In this document: positions 1 to 8,513 of the stretch, in pieces | How the letters are laid out: every line of letters begins with the position of its first letter | Numbering within the stretch: the stretch's first letter is position 1 | Source of the DNA: a virus | Taxonomy: Duplodnaviria; Heunggongvirae; Uroviricota; Caudoviricetes | DNA: 64,000 nucleotides | Virus record (IMG/VR): IMGVR_UViG_3300042331_000303 | Reading direction: 5' to 3' (one strand) | The notes under the pieces: model-generated | Database searches by the model: none | What the model was told of the DNA's origin: nothing | Seen by the model: the letters and a program-made list of their open reading frames with translations, nothing else | Made by a program: the position numbers and the translations under genes

Positions 1-234
1 GGGCTGGAGGCGCTTGGCGATGATGCGGGCGACCCGCTCCACACAGGCGGCGTCGATGTCGACGAGGTCGGCGAAGTTGAGGGTCGAGATCGCCCGGCAT
101 CCCCGCGCTTCGATGCGGGGGTACTCGGGGTCGGCTTCCTTCACTTCCGTGAGGATGCTCTCGAACTCGGCGTGCTCCCGAACAGCGAGGCAGAGGTGGT
201 GGACGTAGCGGAAAGCTCGGTATGTGGCGTGCAT
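1..234 (-). CDS. hypothetical protein, partial (C-terminus beyond window start)
   Basis: Reverse translation from the ATG at 232-234 gives MHATYRAFRYVHHLCLAVREHAEFESILTEVKEADPEY... with a GGAG ribosome-binding site upstream. The ORF track missed it because the reading frame runs off the window. Confidence 0.45.
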   Translation of the reverse strand, partial: MHATYRAFRYVHHLCLAVREHAEFESILTEVKEADPEYPRIEARGCRAISTLNFADLVDIDAACVERVARIIAKRLQP

Positions 235-256
235 GGTAGCTCCGTAGGGGAGGAGG

Positions 257-499
257 TCAGAAGAGGTCAGCATTCGTGAGGTCGTCGGCGATCTTGTCGA
301 GACGAAGGAGGACCCGCCGAGGGATAGGCGTCTCGGCGTCGTCGGAGCAGTGCCCCCGTTCGAGGGCGAAGCCGAGGGAGGCCGACGCCCGGCCCCCTGT
401 GAGGGTGAACACGTACTCTCCGGGGGCACTCCCGTGATCGGCATGGAGCTTCCAGCCGTTGCCAAGGTCAACGGGGAATGTGTACCGTGCAAGGCGCAT
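257..499 (-). CDS. hypothetical protein (80 aa)
   Basis: The ORF track protein is non-repetitive. The gene is packed 6 nt from the next gene. Confidence 0.5.
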   Translation of the reverse strand: MRLARYTFPVDLGNGWKLHADHGSAPGEYVFTLTGGRASASLGFALERGHCSDDAETPIPRRVLLRLDKIADDLTNADLF

Positions 500-505
500 G
501 TCCGG

Positions 506-1006
506 TCAGACCTCGTCACCCGCGAGGTTGACCACACGGACCGCGATGGGGTCGTCCCCCGTGTGGTCCTCCTGGTACGCCGTCGCGATGTCCTCCGCGT
601 CCGTCTGGTCGGGGTAGACCTCCTCGTTGATAGGCGCCCAATCGGCCACGTCTCCGTCCGCGTCGGGCGTGCCACACTCCGCCTTGTAGCCCCAGCTTTC
701 CGGGGTGTTGGGGTCGCAACCCTCGCGGAAGAGGAGGTCGGTCACGTCCCGCCGCAGCGCGGCCCAGGCGAACTTGGACACGATCCCGGACCAGCTCTCG
801 CCCCGCAGGCCCTCACCTCCGAAGTCGTCGGCGTAGGCATCGGCGTTGTCCGTCTCTTGCATGATCTCCAAGCAGTTGGAGGTGTGGATGCAGTAGACGT
901 CCACCACTTGGTCGATCTCTTCGAAGACCGCATTGTAATCGGCACTGATGCGGCCAAACCGGACGTCTTCGATGAGTTGGTCGGCGATGCGAGATGCGTT
1001 GGACAT
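506..1006 (-). CDS. highly acidic hypothetical protein (166 aa), first gene after a type-C cassette
   Basis: The protein is very rich in Asp and Glu. The start codon at 1004-1006 sits inside the conserved leader cassette. Confidence 0.7.
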   Translation of the reverse strand: MSNASRIADQLIEDVRFGRISADYNAVFEEIDQVVDVYCIHTSNCLEIMQETDNADAYADDFGGEGLRGESWSGIVSKFAWAALRRDVTDLLFREGCDPNTPESWGYKAECGTPDADGDVADWAPINEEVYPDQTDAEDIATAYQEDHTGDDPIAVRVVNLAGDEV

Positions 1007-1100
1007 GGTGAACCTCGGTGGTGGTTGACTGTTATCCGGTCGTCAAACCGGAGGGGGCAGGAAAGTTGTCACGATTTGTCACGATGTGGGATTGTCGGCC
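1007..1100 (-). promoter_or_regulatory. conserved promoter/leader cassette, type C, copy 1
   Basis: This sequence is nearly identical (2 mismatches over about 97 nt, start codon included) to 11468-11564. In transcription sense it reads GTGACAAATCGTGACAACTTTCC ... TTGACGACCGGATAACAGTCAA, followed by a GAGG ribosome-binding site. Confidence 0.6.
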
Positions 1101-1105
1101 TCAGA

Positions 1106-1306
1106 CTACAGGTTCGGGCCGAGAGGGCAGAACTTCCATTCGGCCGGATCGCGTCGGTCCAACCAGAACCAGCCCGACTCCGTCTCTACGTACCAGTCGT
1201 CGCGGCCCATGTTGTATCTCATGCCGACCACACGCTCCCCCGGCGGAGGCGGGAGATTGTTGCGCGCCAGAATGGCCCGGTACTCCTCCTCGCGATCGGG
1301 GGTCAT
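1106..1306 (-). CDS. hypothetical protein (66 aa)
   Basis: The plausible C-terminal part of ORF 1106..1771 starts MTPDREEEY. The ATG at 1304-1306 overlaps the upstream stop as ATGA. Confidence 0.5.
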   Translation of the reverse strand: MTPDREEEYRAILARNNLPPPPGERVVGMRYNMGRDDWYVETESGWFWLDRRDPAEWKFCPLGPNL

Positions 1307-1863
1307 TCCTCCGTCTCCTGCGCGTCGTCGAACAGGTCGCAACCGTCCCGGTCGGCTTCGGCGAGGATCTCGTCGAACGTGGCGCCCGTGAACGGGAAGG
1401 TCAGCGTGTAGGGCGTGGGCTGAGCATCCGAGCCCTCGGCGTAGCCGGCCACACTGATGCCGGGCTTGGCCTTGGTTTCGGTCACGTTGATGCGGACTGT
1501 CATCCACAGTCCCCCGTAGGGCGCCGCGGTACGCTTGATGATCTGCGGCGCCTCGATGGTCTGTGGATCGTACTCCACGGTACCCCTGTTGCTGAGGTCG
1601 AGGTACTCCCGGAGCGCCGCCGGCATCTCCGAGCGGGCCTGCTTCTTCCCGCCGGCAGGCCGCCATGCGGAGACCATCCAGCCGGTGATTGCCTGAATCC
1701 ACCGGACGGTGTAGGTCCGCTCGAAACTGCGGAACGTCTGAATGGGGCCAGTCGTGAAGGACACGCCGCACTCCGTGTCCTTGTAGAGGCGCCTGGAGAT
1801 GCTCTCTGCCGTGGGGTGCGCGGCGCCAACGTACTTGGCGAGGTCTTCGAGGTTGCGGATCAT
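1303..1863 (-). CDS. hypothetical protein (186 aa)
   Basis: The plausible part of ORF 1303..2205 starts MIRNLEDLAKY. The N-terminal extension in the ORF track is Arg-rich junk typical of off-frame GC-rich sequence. Confidence 0.6.
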   Translation of the reverse strand: MIRNLEDLAKYVGAAHPTAESISRRLYKDTECGVSFTTGPIQTFRSFERTYTVRWIQAITGWMVSAWRPAGGKKQARSEMPAALREYLDLSNRGTVEYDPQTIEAPQIIKRTAAPYGGLWMTVRINVTETKAKPGISVAGYAEGSDAQPTPYTLTFPFTGATFDEILAEADRDGCDLFDDAQETEE

Positions 1864-1874
1864 GGGACCTCCGA

Positions 1875-2351
1875 TCAGACGAGGTTGAAGGGGATGGACT
1901 CGCCGATGTGGCTGGCCTTGAACACGAGCCACGCGACCCGGCGCATCTGCTCGTCGGTCAGCCCGTCGAAGTGGACGCCGCCGGAGCGGGTGGCCACGGT
2001 GCCGTCTTCGGTCTCGGCGGACCACGAGTCGTCGTACCAGCAGAACCAGTCGTGAGCCGTGCGCGGTCTGGAGGAGCTGGCTTCCGTGCAGTAGTGCTCT
2101 CGGACGATCTCCGCACAGCAGCGCTCCAGAGCGTAGATGTCGCCGTCCTCGAACCAGCCGGAGCCCTCGACGTCGATCTCCACGTCCACCCCCTGCTCTT
2201 CGCACCAGCGCTTGGCCGCCTCACCGAAGAAGTCGGCTGGCAGGGGCAACTCCTGCCCATTCACGAGGTAGCCCCGCTCGGCGTAATCGCCCTGCTCGGT
2301 GCTCTCTTCTGTCGCAAGGTCGTAGGTGATGCTGTAGGTGATGCGGTCCAT
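1875..2351 (-). CDS. hypothetical protein (158 aa)
   Basis: The ORF is clean and cassette A copy a lies immediately upstream. Confidence 0.7.
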   Translation of the reverse strand: MDRITYSITYDLATEESTEQGDYAERGYLVNGQELPLPADFFGEAAKRWCEEQGVDVEIDVEGSGWFEDGDIYALERCCAEIVREHYCTEASSSRPRTAHDWFCWYDDSWSAETEDGTVATRSGGVHFDGLTDEQMRRVAWLVFKASHIGESIPFNLV

Positions 2352-2470
2352 GGAAGCTCCGTTGTGGGGGCAGAGGGTTCGTCGGTGGCCCCAACAAGTT
2401 AGCAGGTCGGCAAACTTGTCGGGGCGGGAAAGTTGTCACGGATTGTCCCCCTTTAGGGGGAGGAGAATCG
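2352..2470 (-). promoter_or_regulatory. conserved terminator+promoter cassette, type A, copy a
   Basis: The hairpin TCCCCCTTTAGGGGGA at 2446-2461 sits just after the upstream stop codon at 2478. GAAAGTTGTCAC and AAACTTGTC repeats follow, and CCCCAACAAG with the leader is almost identical to 13181-13305. Confidence 0.6.
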
Positions 2471-2477
2471 CCTGCGC

Positions 2478-2705
2478 TCAGTCGGGGCACACGCAAGAGA
2501 GCATGATCTCGGCGCGGGAGCGGGCATCCACGTCTTTCCACGGGATCTGCTCGACCCCAAGTGTCGGGTAGACCGTACCGTCGCAACGGTAGAAGTCCAC
2601 ACGGGCGCAGTGCCACACGCCGCCATGCCGGTCGTAGAACGCGGGGCGTGGGTTTCGAGAGTTTCCTGCCGCGCAGAGGACCGAAGTCCGAAGCCAGAGG
2701 GGCAT
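2478..2705 (-). CDS. hypothetical protein (75 aa)
   Basis: ORF track; the protein contains Cys and His residues. Confidence 0.45.
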   Translation of the reverse strand: MPLWLRTSVLCAAGNSRNPRPAFYDRHGGVWHCARVDFYRCDGTVYPTLGVEQIPWKDVDARSRAEIMLSCVCPD

Positions 2706-2709
2706 GGGG

Positions 2710-3051
2710 CTACTCCGGGATGAACGCGAGAAGCTCGCGCAGGTCAGAGATTCGCTGCGCGGGGTAGTCGCGCATGAGGACCGCTTTGTATCTGTCGCCG
2801 CGCCGTGCCGCGACGCGCTCCGCGTCGGAGCGGAGCAGGACCGTCACGCCCACGAAGCCGGGCTTGACGAAGATGGGGGTCCACACGTCCCCCGTGATGT
2901 TGAGGGCGAGGCCACCAGAGCACGCCACGATCCACGAGAGATCGCTGATGTGCTTGTGGGAGTCGGTCTCCGCGGCCTCCTCCCATGCCCGGAGTTCGGT
3001 CGTGAGGAGGGTCCGGATCTCTCTGGTTGCGGCGTTGGGCGTCATGGCCAT
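2710..3051 (-). CDS. hypothetical protein (113 aa)
   Basis: The plausible part of ORF 2710..3225 starts MAMTPNAATREI at 3049-3051. Confidence 0.55.
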   Translation of the reverse strand: MAMTPNAATREIRTLLTTELRAWEEAAETDSHKHISDLSWIVACSGGLALNITGDVWTPIFVKPGFVGVTVLLRSDAERVAARRGDRYKAVLMRDYPAQRISDLRELLAFIPE

Positions 3052-3053
3052 GG

Positions 3054-3404
3054 CTACTCCATCGCCGGGAGGGTTTCCGGAAGGAACATCCCGTCCGCCC
3101 CGATGCTCGTCTCCCCGTAGTGCAGGAGCTGCCCCCGGTTGTACCAGACGCCTCCTACCTGCCGGATGTTGGCCGAGGAGAAGTCGTTCATCCGGGCCTT
3201 CGTGGTCGCGGAACGCTGCGCCCACCCGTTGAGGGTGAACGTCCCGTCGCGATGCTGATAAACGACGATGGTACGGTGGTACCGGATGCCGATGGTGTCG
3301 GCGTCAACGCGGCAAACTTCCGTGGCGCGGATGCCGGGCACGGTCCGCTCGTTGCGGGAGCCCAGAAAGTCAGTGGAAGTTGCGAAGGTGGCGAGGTTGG
3401 GCAT
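3054..3404 (-). CDS. hypothetical protein (116 aa)
   Basis: The ORF is clean and cassette copy c lies immediately upstream. Confidence 0.6.
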   Translation of the reverse strand: MPNLATFATSTDFLGSRNERTVPGIRATEVCRVDADTIGIRYHRTIVVYQHRDGTFTLNGWAQRSATTKARMNDFSSANIRQVGGVWYNRGQLLHYGETSIGADGMFLPETLPAME

Positions 3405-3533
3405 AGAGCGGTCCAGTCAAGCGGCGGGTTTGAGGGAGGGAAGCGAGGTCGCCGTTGACCCCAACAATGTGACATGCTGGGAAACTTGCCGGGGCTGATT
3501 GTTTGTCACGAAATGTCCCCCTTTAGGGGGAGA
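3405..3533 (-). promoter_or_regulatory. conserved terminator+promoter cassette, type B, copy c
   Basis: The hairpin TCCCCCTTTAGGGGGA at 3516-3531 lies 2 nt after the stop codon at 3534. The TTTGTCACGAAATGT and CCCCAACAATGTG motifs and the leader GTCAACGGCGACCTCGCTTCCCTCCCTCAAACCCGCCGCTTGAC are shared with 13844-13985. Confidence 0.6.
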
Positions 3534-4211
3534 TCAATCGCGTAGCGCGAGTCGGGCGCGTGACGCGGGATGCGCGTCGAGTGCGTTGCGCAGCGCGATT
3601 GCGTTGCCCGCTGCGTGGCCCGCTGCGTTCGCGGTATGCGTGACACTGTGTTGCTTGCCCTTGCCCGCTGCGCGTTGCACATCCGCCATGCGCGCGTGGA
3701 CGAGTTGCGAGCCTTCGGGGTCGGCGTCCGAATGCTCGGTGCGCAGGGCGCGCAGGCGCAGGCCGAGCGCCGCGACCGCCGAGACCACGAAGCTCCCGTG
3801 CGCCTTCCGCCGTTCCCCCTTGTCCATCCACGCGGGCAAACCGCGCGTGTACGCCTTGGCTCGCTTCTCGATCTCCCGAGCCAGCATCTCGTAGAGGTAG
3901 CGCACGATCTCGATCCCGCTCGCGTGGCCCCACACCTCCATGGAGGTCGCCCCGGGCGTGAAGTACGCGATGCAGTTGGCGTGCGCGGCTACCTCCGTGA
4001 GAAGTGCGCGCCGCCACATGGATTTGCTGCCGAGTTCCTGCACTCCCTTGACGACCGCGTCCTGCGCGGCCTCGGAGAGATCGGCCATGCTCACAGCGTG
4101 CTCCGCCATGAGCTTGCGCACCTGCGCCGCGGCGGCTTCGCCCTCGGGCATTCCCTGCTGGTCCCGCGCGAGGCTGGCGAGCTTGCGTAGCCGGCGGATG
4201 ATGGGCGTCAT
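3534..4211 (-). CDS. hypothetical protein (225 aa)
   Basis: The plausible part of ORF 3534..4436 starts MTPIIRRLRKLASLARDQQ at 4209-4211. Confidence 0.6.
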   Translation of the reverse strand: MTPIIRRLRKLASLARDQQGMPEGEAAAAQVRKLMAEHAVSMADLSEAAQDAVVKGVQELGSKSMWRRALLTEVAAHANCIAYFTPGATSMEVWGHASGIEIVRYLYEMLAREIEKRAKAYTRGLPAWMDKGERRKAHGSFVVSAVAALGLRLRALRTEHSDADPEGSQLVHARMADVQRAAGKGKQHSVTHTANAAGHAAGNAIALRNALDAHPASRARLALRD

Positions 4212-4360
4212 TTCCTGTGCCCCCGCACGAGGTCGGCGAGGTAGCAGAGCCCCAGGCTGATACCCCCGCAGATCGCGCCGATTTCTCCTCCTTCGAGGAA
4301 CCAGACGAAGGCTCCGATAAACAAGGTGGTACCGATGTTGTTCTTGTGATCCCATTTCAT
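4208..4360 (-). CDS. small membrane peptide (50 aa), absent from the ORF track
   Basis: Translation gives MKWDHKNNIGTTLFIGAFVWFLEGGEIGAICGGISLGLCYLADLVRGHRK, a single hydrophobic helix. The gene overlaps both neighbours as ATGA. Confidence 0.4.
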   Translation of the reverse strand: MKWDHKNNIGTTLFIGAFVWFLEGGEIGAICGGISLGLCYLADLVRGHRK

Positions 4361-4647
4361 TGGTAGAGGCTCCAGTCTCGGAAGGCTTGGGGGGGAATGA
4401 GGGGCAGCGCGAAGTCGGGCTCAGCCAACTCCGCACCGTAGCAAACGGACTCGGCGCCGTCTTCGCTCCGGACGACCCAGAGGTCCTCGTCTTCGGACTC
4501 GATGGTGTCGCCGTTGAACGCCGAGATCAACCGGACGACGGTACCCCTCCGGCCCTTCCACTCAGGCTTGGCGTAGGGGCCGACCACCCGGCACTTCTTG
4601 CCGACGTACCGCTCTTCGAGCGCCCTGACTTGCAGTTCGGTCATCAT
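4357..4647 (-). CDS. hypothetical protein (96 aa)
   Basis: ORF track; the protein is plausibly globular. Confidence 0.6.
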   Translation of the reverse strand: MMTELQVRALEERYVGKKCRVVGPYAKPEWKGRRGTVVRLISAFNGDTIESEDEDLWVVRSEDGAESVCYGAELAEPDFALPLIPPQAFRDWSLYQ

Positions 4648-4654
4648 GGGCGCC

Positions 4655-4945
4655 TCAGTAGTTGAGCGGGTAGATGGCAGAGTACCACGACGTGCAGGAC
4701 TCGCAGAAGTACCCCTGCGCTTCCAGGAACTCGCGGAACTCCTCAGTCGAGGCTACGTCCTCGTAGTCCCAGTTGCAGTAGGGGGCCATCGGGCCCCCGT
4801 CGTGGACCAGCACGAGGTCCGCGGTGTTCCCGTAGGCTTCGCCCCGCGCGCGCCAGTCCTCGGGCAGGTAGATGTGGGTGCCGGGCTGGTCGAGGTCGTG
4901 GCCCCGGTCCGTGAAGAACTTGTGAACGAGATTGTGCAGTTCCAT
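4655..4945 (-). CDS. hypothetical protein (96 aa)
   Basis: ORF track. Confidence 0.6.
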   Translation of the reverse strand: MELHNLVHKFFTDRGHDLDQPGTHIYLPEDWRARGEAYGNTADLVLVHDGGPMAPYCNWDYEDVASTEEFREFLEAQGYFCESCTSWYSAIYPLNY

Positions 4946-5056
4946 GGTCAGCTCCGGGCCTTTCGGCTGCGACGGTCGGGTTTGGTGTTGCGGAAAGAGC
5001 GGTTGTCGAAGCCGTGCGCGTCCCGGATCAGCTCGTCCGTTCGGGCAGGAACGAGA

Positions 5057-5407
5057 TCACGCTGGAGTGCCATCTCGTTGCCCCTCCTCGCTGGCGTCGA
5101 TGCTGTCGACCATGTCGGCGAGCGCGGCATCCAGCATCCCCGCTGTGTCTCCAGAGCGATCGAGGGCCGAGGAGACGGCCCAGAACGACCCGGTGAACTG
5201 GAGCGCGAGCTGCCACGCCGCGGAGAAGTCCCGCCCGGCGAGGTAGGTGAGATCGGCAACCTCGTCGCCTCCATCGTCGTGGAGCGTACCTTCCCAACGG
5301 TTGAAGGCTCCTTCACAGAGCCGCCACTCGGGGTCGGGGTGCATGGAAGGGTACACTCGCTTGGGGGTCGGGAGCTTGTTGGTGTCGGCGCTGATGTCGG
5401 TATCCAT
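5057..5407 (-). CDS. hypothetical acidic protein (116 aa)
   Basis: The plausible part of ORF 5057..5500 starts MDTDISADTNKL at 5405-5407. Confidence 0.55.
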   Translation of the reverse strand: MDTDISADTNKLPTPKRVYPSMHPDPEWRLCEGAFNRWEGTLHDDGGDEVADLTYLAGRDFSAAWQLALQFTGSFWAVSSALDRSGDTAGMLDAALADMVDSIDASEEGQRDGTPA

Positions 5408-5408
5408 G

Positions 5409-5888
5409 TCAAGCCTCCGCGGTGGTGTAGGTCGGTCGAAGTTCGTCGCGTTCTTCTTCGGCAGTTTCGATGTCACAGTCGACCATGCCGATGTCGACAC
5501 GGACTTGCAGGGGTACTCCGGGAATGGTGGCGGGTCGGATGCCGATCGAGATCACGTCCTCCGCGAAGTCCCAGTTGTCGTTGGTCTCGGCGTCGGGATC
5601 GACCCCTTCTGGGGTGACGGGCGGCGAGACGAGCCGGGTCAGGGCTTCCCGGTGGAGCAGGAGGCTGTCCACCAGTAGCGCCACGAGCTTCTCCATCCGT
5701 GGCGATTCAGGCGTGGCCCGGTGCCGGATGGCGATGGCTTCCAGGAACGCCGCAGCGGGGATGGTTTGGAGGTCCGCAACAGTCGGCTCGATGCCGCTGT
5801 TCGGGTAGGAGAGAGCGTCCACGACGAGCGTCGGGATGCGGCACTCCTTGCAGCAGTCTTCGATCTCGTAGTTCGTGGCGATGGGCAT
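5409..5888 (-). CDS. hypothetical protein (159 aa)
   Basis: ORF track; the protein has a CCKEC motif. Confidence 0.6.
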   Translation of the reverse strand: MPIATNYEIEDCCKECRIPTLVVDALSYPNSGIEPTVADLQTIPAAAFLEAIAIRHRATPESPRMEKLVALLVDSLLLHREALTRLVSPPVTPEGVDPDAETNDNWDFAEDVISIGIRPATIPGVPLQVRVDIGMVDCDIETAEEERDELRPTYTTAEA

Positions 5889-5915
5889 GGGGCCTCCAGA
5901 AGTTGTGTGTGTTGA

Positions 5916-6362
5916 CTACTCGACTCGATCCCACCGCAAGTCGTAGACGTGAGCGTAGTATCCCCCCGACTTGTCTTCGAGGTAGACCCGACCAGATGCT
6001 CCCGCCTTGTGCGGCGCCTCGCCACTCCGGAGGATCGCCGTCTTCCCGTGGTGGTCGGTCACGCGGTCCCCGATGTGGACCTGCCTGCCGTTGGACTCTC
6101 GGACGAGCCGATACATCCCGTCGTAGCCCTTCATCGTCATGCCCTCGCGAGCCTTGACCGTCATCCGAACAGAGAACCCCGCAGGGCCCTCCACGTCGAC
6201 TTCGCCGTAGATGAAGGCAAGCCACGAAGCGTGTTCCAGCGCCTTGATGGCGCCGACGTTCCCGGCGAGCAGCTCGCTCTCTTCCGTAGCTTCAACGGTC
6301 CGGGGCTTTGCCGGCTCTCGGGGGGTGATGGTGTAGGTTGCGGTGAAGGTCGGGGTGGTCAT
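5916..6362 (-). CDS. hypothetical protein (148 aa)
   Basis: The plausible part of ORF 5916..6680 starts MTTPTFTATYTI at 6360-6362. Confidence 0.55.
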   Translation of the reverse strand: MTTPTFTATYTITPREPAKPRTVEATEESELLAGNVGAIKALEHASWLAFIYGEVDVEGPAGFSVRMTVKAREGMTMKGYDGMYRLVRESNGRQVHIGDRVTDHHGKTAILRSGEAPHKAGASGRVYLEDKSGGYYAHVYDLRWDRVE

Positions 6363-6391
6363 GGTCAGGGCTCCTTGTAGGGGGGTGGCGG

Positions 6392-6640
6392 TTACGCCGG
6401 AATGGGGATGCCGGCCGCGACCAACGCTTCTTCGATGGTCAGTCCCCCGTAGAGACGCCGGGAGAGGTTGACGGGCCGTTTGCCCCTGGCAGCCACGCGA
6501 GCGGCTGAGCTGAGCGCGAACCGACTTTCGCTCTCCTCCCGTCGCTGAGCCTGCCCATGCAACGGTTCGGAAGCAGTCCCGAGAGGGGCGTGGGGGATGG
6601 CCGCTTGCAGCACTTTGGCGGAGTAGAGGTGGAAAGCCAT
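6392..6640 (-). CDS. hypothetical protein (82 aa)
   Basis: The part of ORF 6392..6706 that lies downstream of the cassette starts MAFHLYSAK at 6638-6640. Confidence 0.45.
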   Translation of the reverse strand: MAFHLYSAKVLQAAIPHAPLGTASEPLHGQAQRREESESRFALSSAARVAARGKRPVNLSRRLYGGLTIEEALVAAGIPIPA

Positions 6641-6740
6641 AGGGAACCTCAGTGGCCCCAACAATATGCCACGGTGGCAAACTTGGAGGGGCTGGAAAGT
6701 TGTCACAGGTTGTCCCCCGAAGGGGGAAGAGAATCGCCTA
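6641..6740 (-). promoter_or_regulatory. conserved terminator+promoter cassette, copy e
   Basis: The hairpin TCCCCCGAAGGGGGA is followed by GGAAAGTTGTCACAGGTTGT, GGCAAACTTGGAGGGGC and CCCCAACAATATG, with a GAGG ribosome-binding site. Confidence 0.55.
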
Positions 6741-6809
6741 CGTCGTCCAGCGCGCCGCCGAGTAGAGCGCCTCGCACGGCCTCTACACGCCCGCGAACCT
6801 CCGCCTCTG

Positions 6810-7178
6810 TCACTGCTTGACCCTGTACCAGCGGAAGTAGCGACTGCCGACTTGATCGGGCAGCTTGATGATGGCGTAGCCGGCGGCGACTGCCGCGGGG
6901 ACGTATCGGGCCTCTCCCGCTAGGTGCCACTCTTGTGCGTCGGCACCTTCGTAGGCGTCCACGGTCTCGATGGCGAGGGGGTAGTCGATCTCGACCCCAA
7001 GCTTGCGCGCCTCTTCGAGGACCGCGTCGTCGCAGAGGTTCTCGCCGGGCGTCCCACTGATGGCGAAGAACGCCCAAGGGGTGTGAGGCGCGGTGTCCCC
7101 GTCGAGCCCTTCGGCGTGGACCGAGAGGCGCGGGGTGCCGGGCTCTGGCGTGAGGACGGTGAACATGGGGTAGGTCAT
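6810..7178 (-). CDS. hypothetical protein (122 aa)
   Basis: The plausible part of ORF 6810..7298 starts MTYPMFTVLT at 7176-7178. Confidence 0.55.
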   Translation of the reverse strand: MTYPMFTVLTPEPGTPRLSVHAEGLDGDTAPHTPWAFFAISGTPGENLCDDAVLEEARKLGVEIDYPLAIETVDAYEGADAQEWHLAGEARYVPAAVAAGYAIIKLPDQVGSRYFRWYRVKQ

Positions 7179-7393
7179 GCGCGCTCCGCAAGGCAGACGT
7201 TCAATCGGGCGATGGAGATACGTTCGTTGGCAGCATCGAGCGCCAGTGCCCTCTGGTAGGCGGCGATGCGCTCGCTTGATCCCTGCGGCGTATCCCACGC
7301 AGCAAGGATCGCGGCGTCGTAATCCCGAGCGGCAGCGAGCCCCCGAGCGGCGGCGACTTTGTAGGCCCTCTCGGCCTTGGAGAGATCGTTCAT
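7175..7393 (-). CDS. hypothetical protein (72 aa)
   Basis: The plausible part of ORF 7175..7708 starts MNDLSKAERAY; the rest is Arg- and Pro-rich junk. Confidence 0.5.
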   Translation of the reverse strand: MNDLSKAERAYKVAAARGLAAARDYDAAILAAWDTPQGSSERIAAYQRALALDAANERISIARLNVCLAERA

Positions 7394-7833
7394 GCGCGCT
7401 CCTGCGGCTCGATCACGGGGGCGAGCCGGGTCATGGGGAAGAAGATCGGGTCTTGCTCGGCGAGCTTGCAGCGGTAGCGGACACGCACGTCTTCGTGCCT
7501 TTCCCACGACCGGGAGCGGCGCTGCCAGCCGGGGGTGGGGCATCGGACGAACAGGGCTCGCGCCGCCTTGACAGACTCCAGCGTCGGATAGACCGCCATC
7601 CAGAGGTGTCGTTCGAGATGCCGCTCGATCCCGTCGAGGGAGAGGAGCGCGGGCTCTCCGATGGTCCCCTCCCCCCGGTCGAGGTAGGCCCACGTCTCGT
7701 ACTCGCAACCAGACCCGAGATCGGTCCCAGGGGCGTTCGTGGCGTCGCGGGCGTGTCGGGTCGCTGCTTCCGCCCCTTCTGCGAGGTAGCGGAGCCGGAT
7801 CTGGCGGAGGATCGTGAGTGCGTGAGCGGCCAT
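7390..7833 (-). CDS. hypothetical protein (147 aa)
   Basis: The plausible part of ORF 7390..7947 starts MAAHALTILRQIRL at 7831-7833. Confidence 0.55.
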   Translation of the reverse strand: MAAHALTILRQIRLRYLAEGAEAATRHARDATNAPGTDLGSGCEYETWAYLDRGEGTIGEPALLSLDGIERHLERHLWMAVYPTLESVKAARALFVRCPTPGWQRRSRSWERHEDVRVRYRCKLAEQDPIFFPMTRLAPVIEPQERA

Positions 7834-7955
7834 GGGAACCTCAGTTGTGGGAGGGCTGTCCCCGTTCGTGGGGCAAGGCGCCCATCCTTGCAGGGCGCTA
7901 CGCCGGCCTCGCGGGAGGTCGGTGCTGGGGGTTGTCGGGGCCCCCACCCGTGCCC

Positions 7956-8513
7956 TCAGACGGGGGCTTCCACCTCCGCGCCGGTCTTGGCGTCCACCGC
8001 CTTGGCCTTCGGCGCCGCCTTGGCCTTCGGCGCCGCCTTGGCCTTCGGGGCCTTCGGCTCGGCCTTGGCCTTCGGGGCCTTCGGCTCGGCCTTGGCCTTC
8101 GCGGCCTTGGCCGGCTTCGCCGCCTTCGCGGCTTCCCGCTCGGCCGCCTTGGCCGCCTTGGCCTCCGCCTTCACGGCCCGCTCGGCCTCCGCCTTGGCCT
8201 TGCGCTCCTCCCCGGCGGTGCAGGTCGGGAGGATGGTCACCTTGCCAGCCTTGCGCTCGGCGCGGACCGTGGCGCCGGGCACGTCGAGGCTTTCGGCGAC
8301 GAAGATGTTGGGCTCGGCCTCAGCGAACAGGCCCAGCCGGTGGCCCTGCGCCGTGGCCGCCTGCCGCGCCGCGGCTCGGATGTCGCGGGACGAGAGGAAG
8401 GTCCGGGTCGAGGTCACGGTGCCGTCGCCACCGACGGACACGGTGTGGCTGACGCTGCCGTCTTCGTTGGCGATGGCGATGGTGAGGGAGGCGAGGAGAA
8501 GGGCGGTGGTCAT
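7956..8513 (-). CDS. secreted protein with a C-terminal Ala/Lys/Pro-rich repeat tail (185 aa)
   Basis: The N-terminus MTTALLLASLTIAIA looks like a signal peptide. The C-terminus carries (KAKAEPKAP)n / AKAAK repeats, encoded by tandem GCC/CTT-rich DNA repeats at 7985-8110. Confidence 0.6.
   Translation of the reverse strand: MTTALLLASLTIAIANEDGSVSHTVSVGGDGTVTSTRTFLSSRDIRAAARQAATAQGHRLGLFAEAEPNIFVAESLDVPGATVRAERKAGKVTILPTCTAGEERKAKAEAERAVKAEAKAAKAAEREAAKAAKPAKAAKAKAEPKAPKAKAEPKAPKAKAAPKAKAAPKAKAVDAKTGAEVEAPV

Noticed and set aside
350-2055. Long plus-strand ORFs (350..1411, 1018..2055, 1086..1391) overlapping the minus-strand genes
   Set aside because: Their translations are Arg-, Pro- and Gly-rich low-complexity sequence, typical of antisense frames in high-GC DNA. 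The minus-strand frames give globular-looking proteins with coupled start and stop codons.
7985-8110. Regular tandem DNA repeats that could be mistaken for a CRISPR array or satellite
   Set aside because: The unit is about 12-27 nt with no spacer diversity. It lies inside a reading frame, where it encodes the KAKAEPKAP repeats of the protein 7956..8513.
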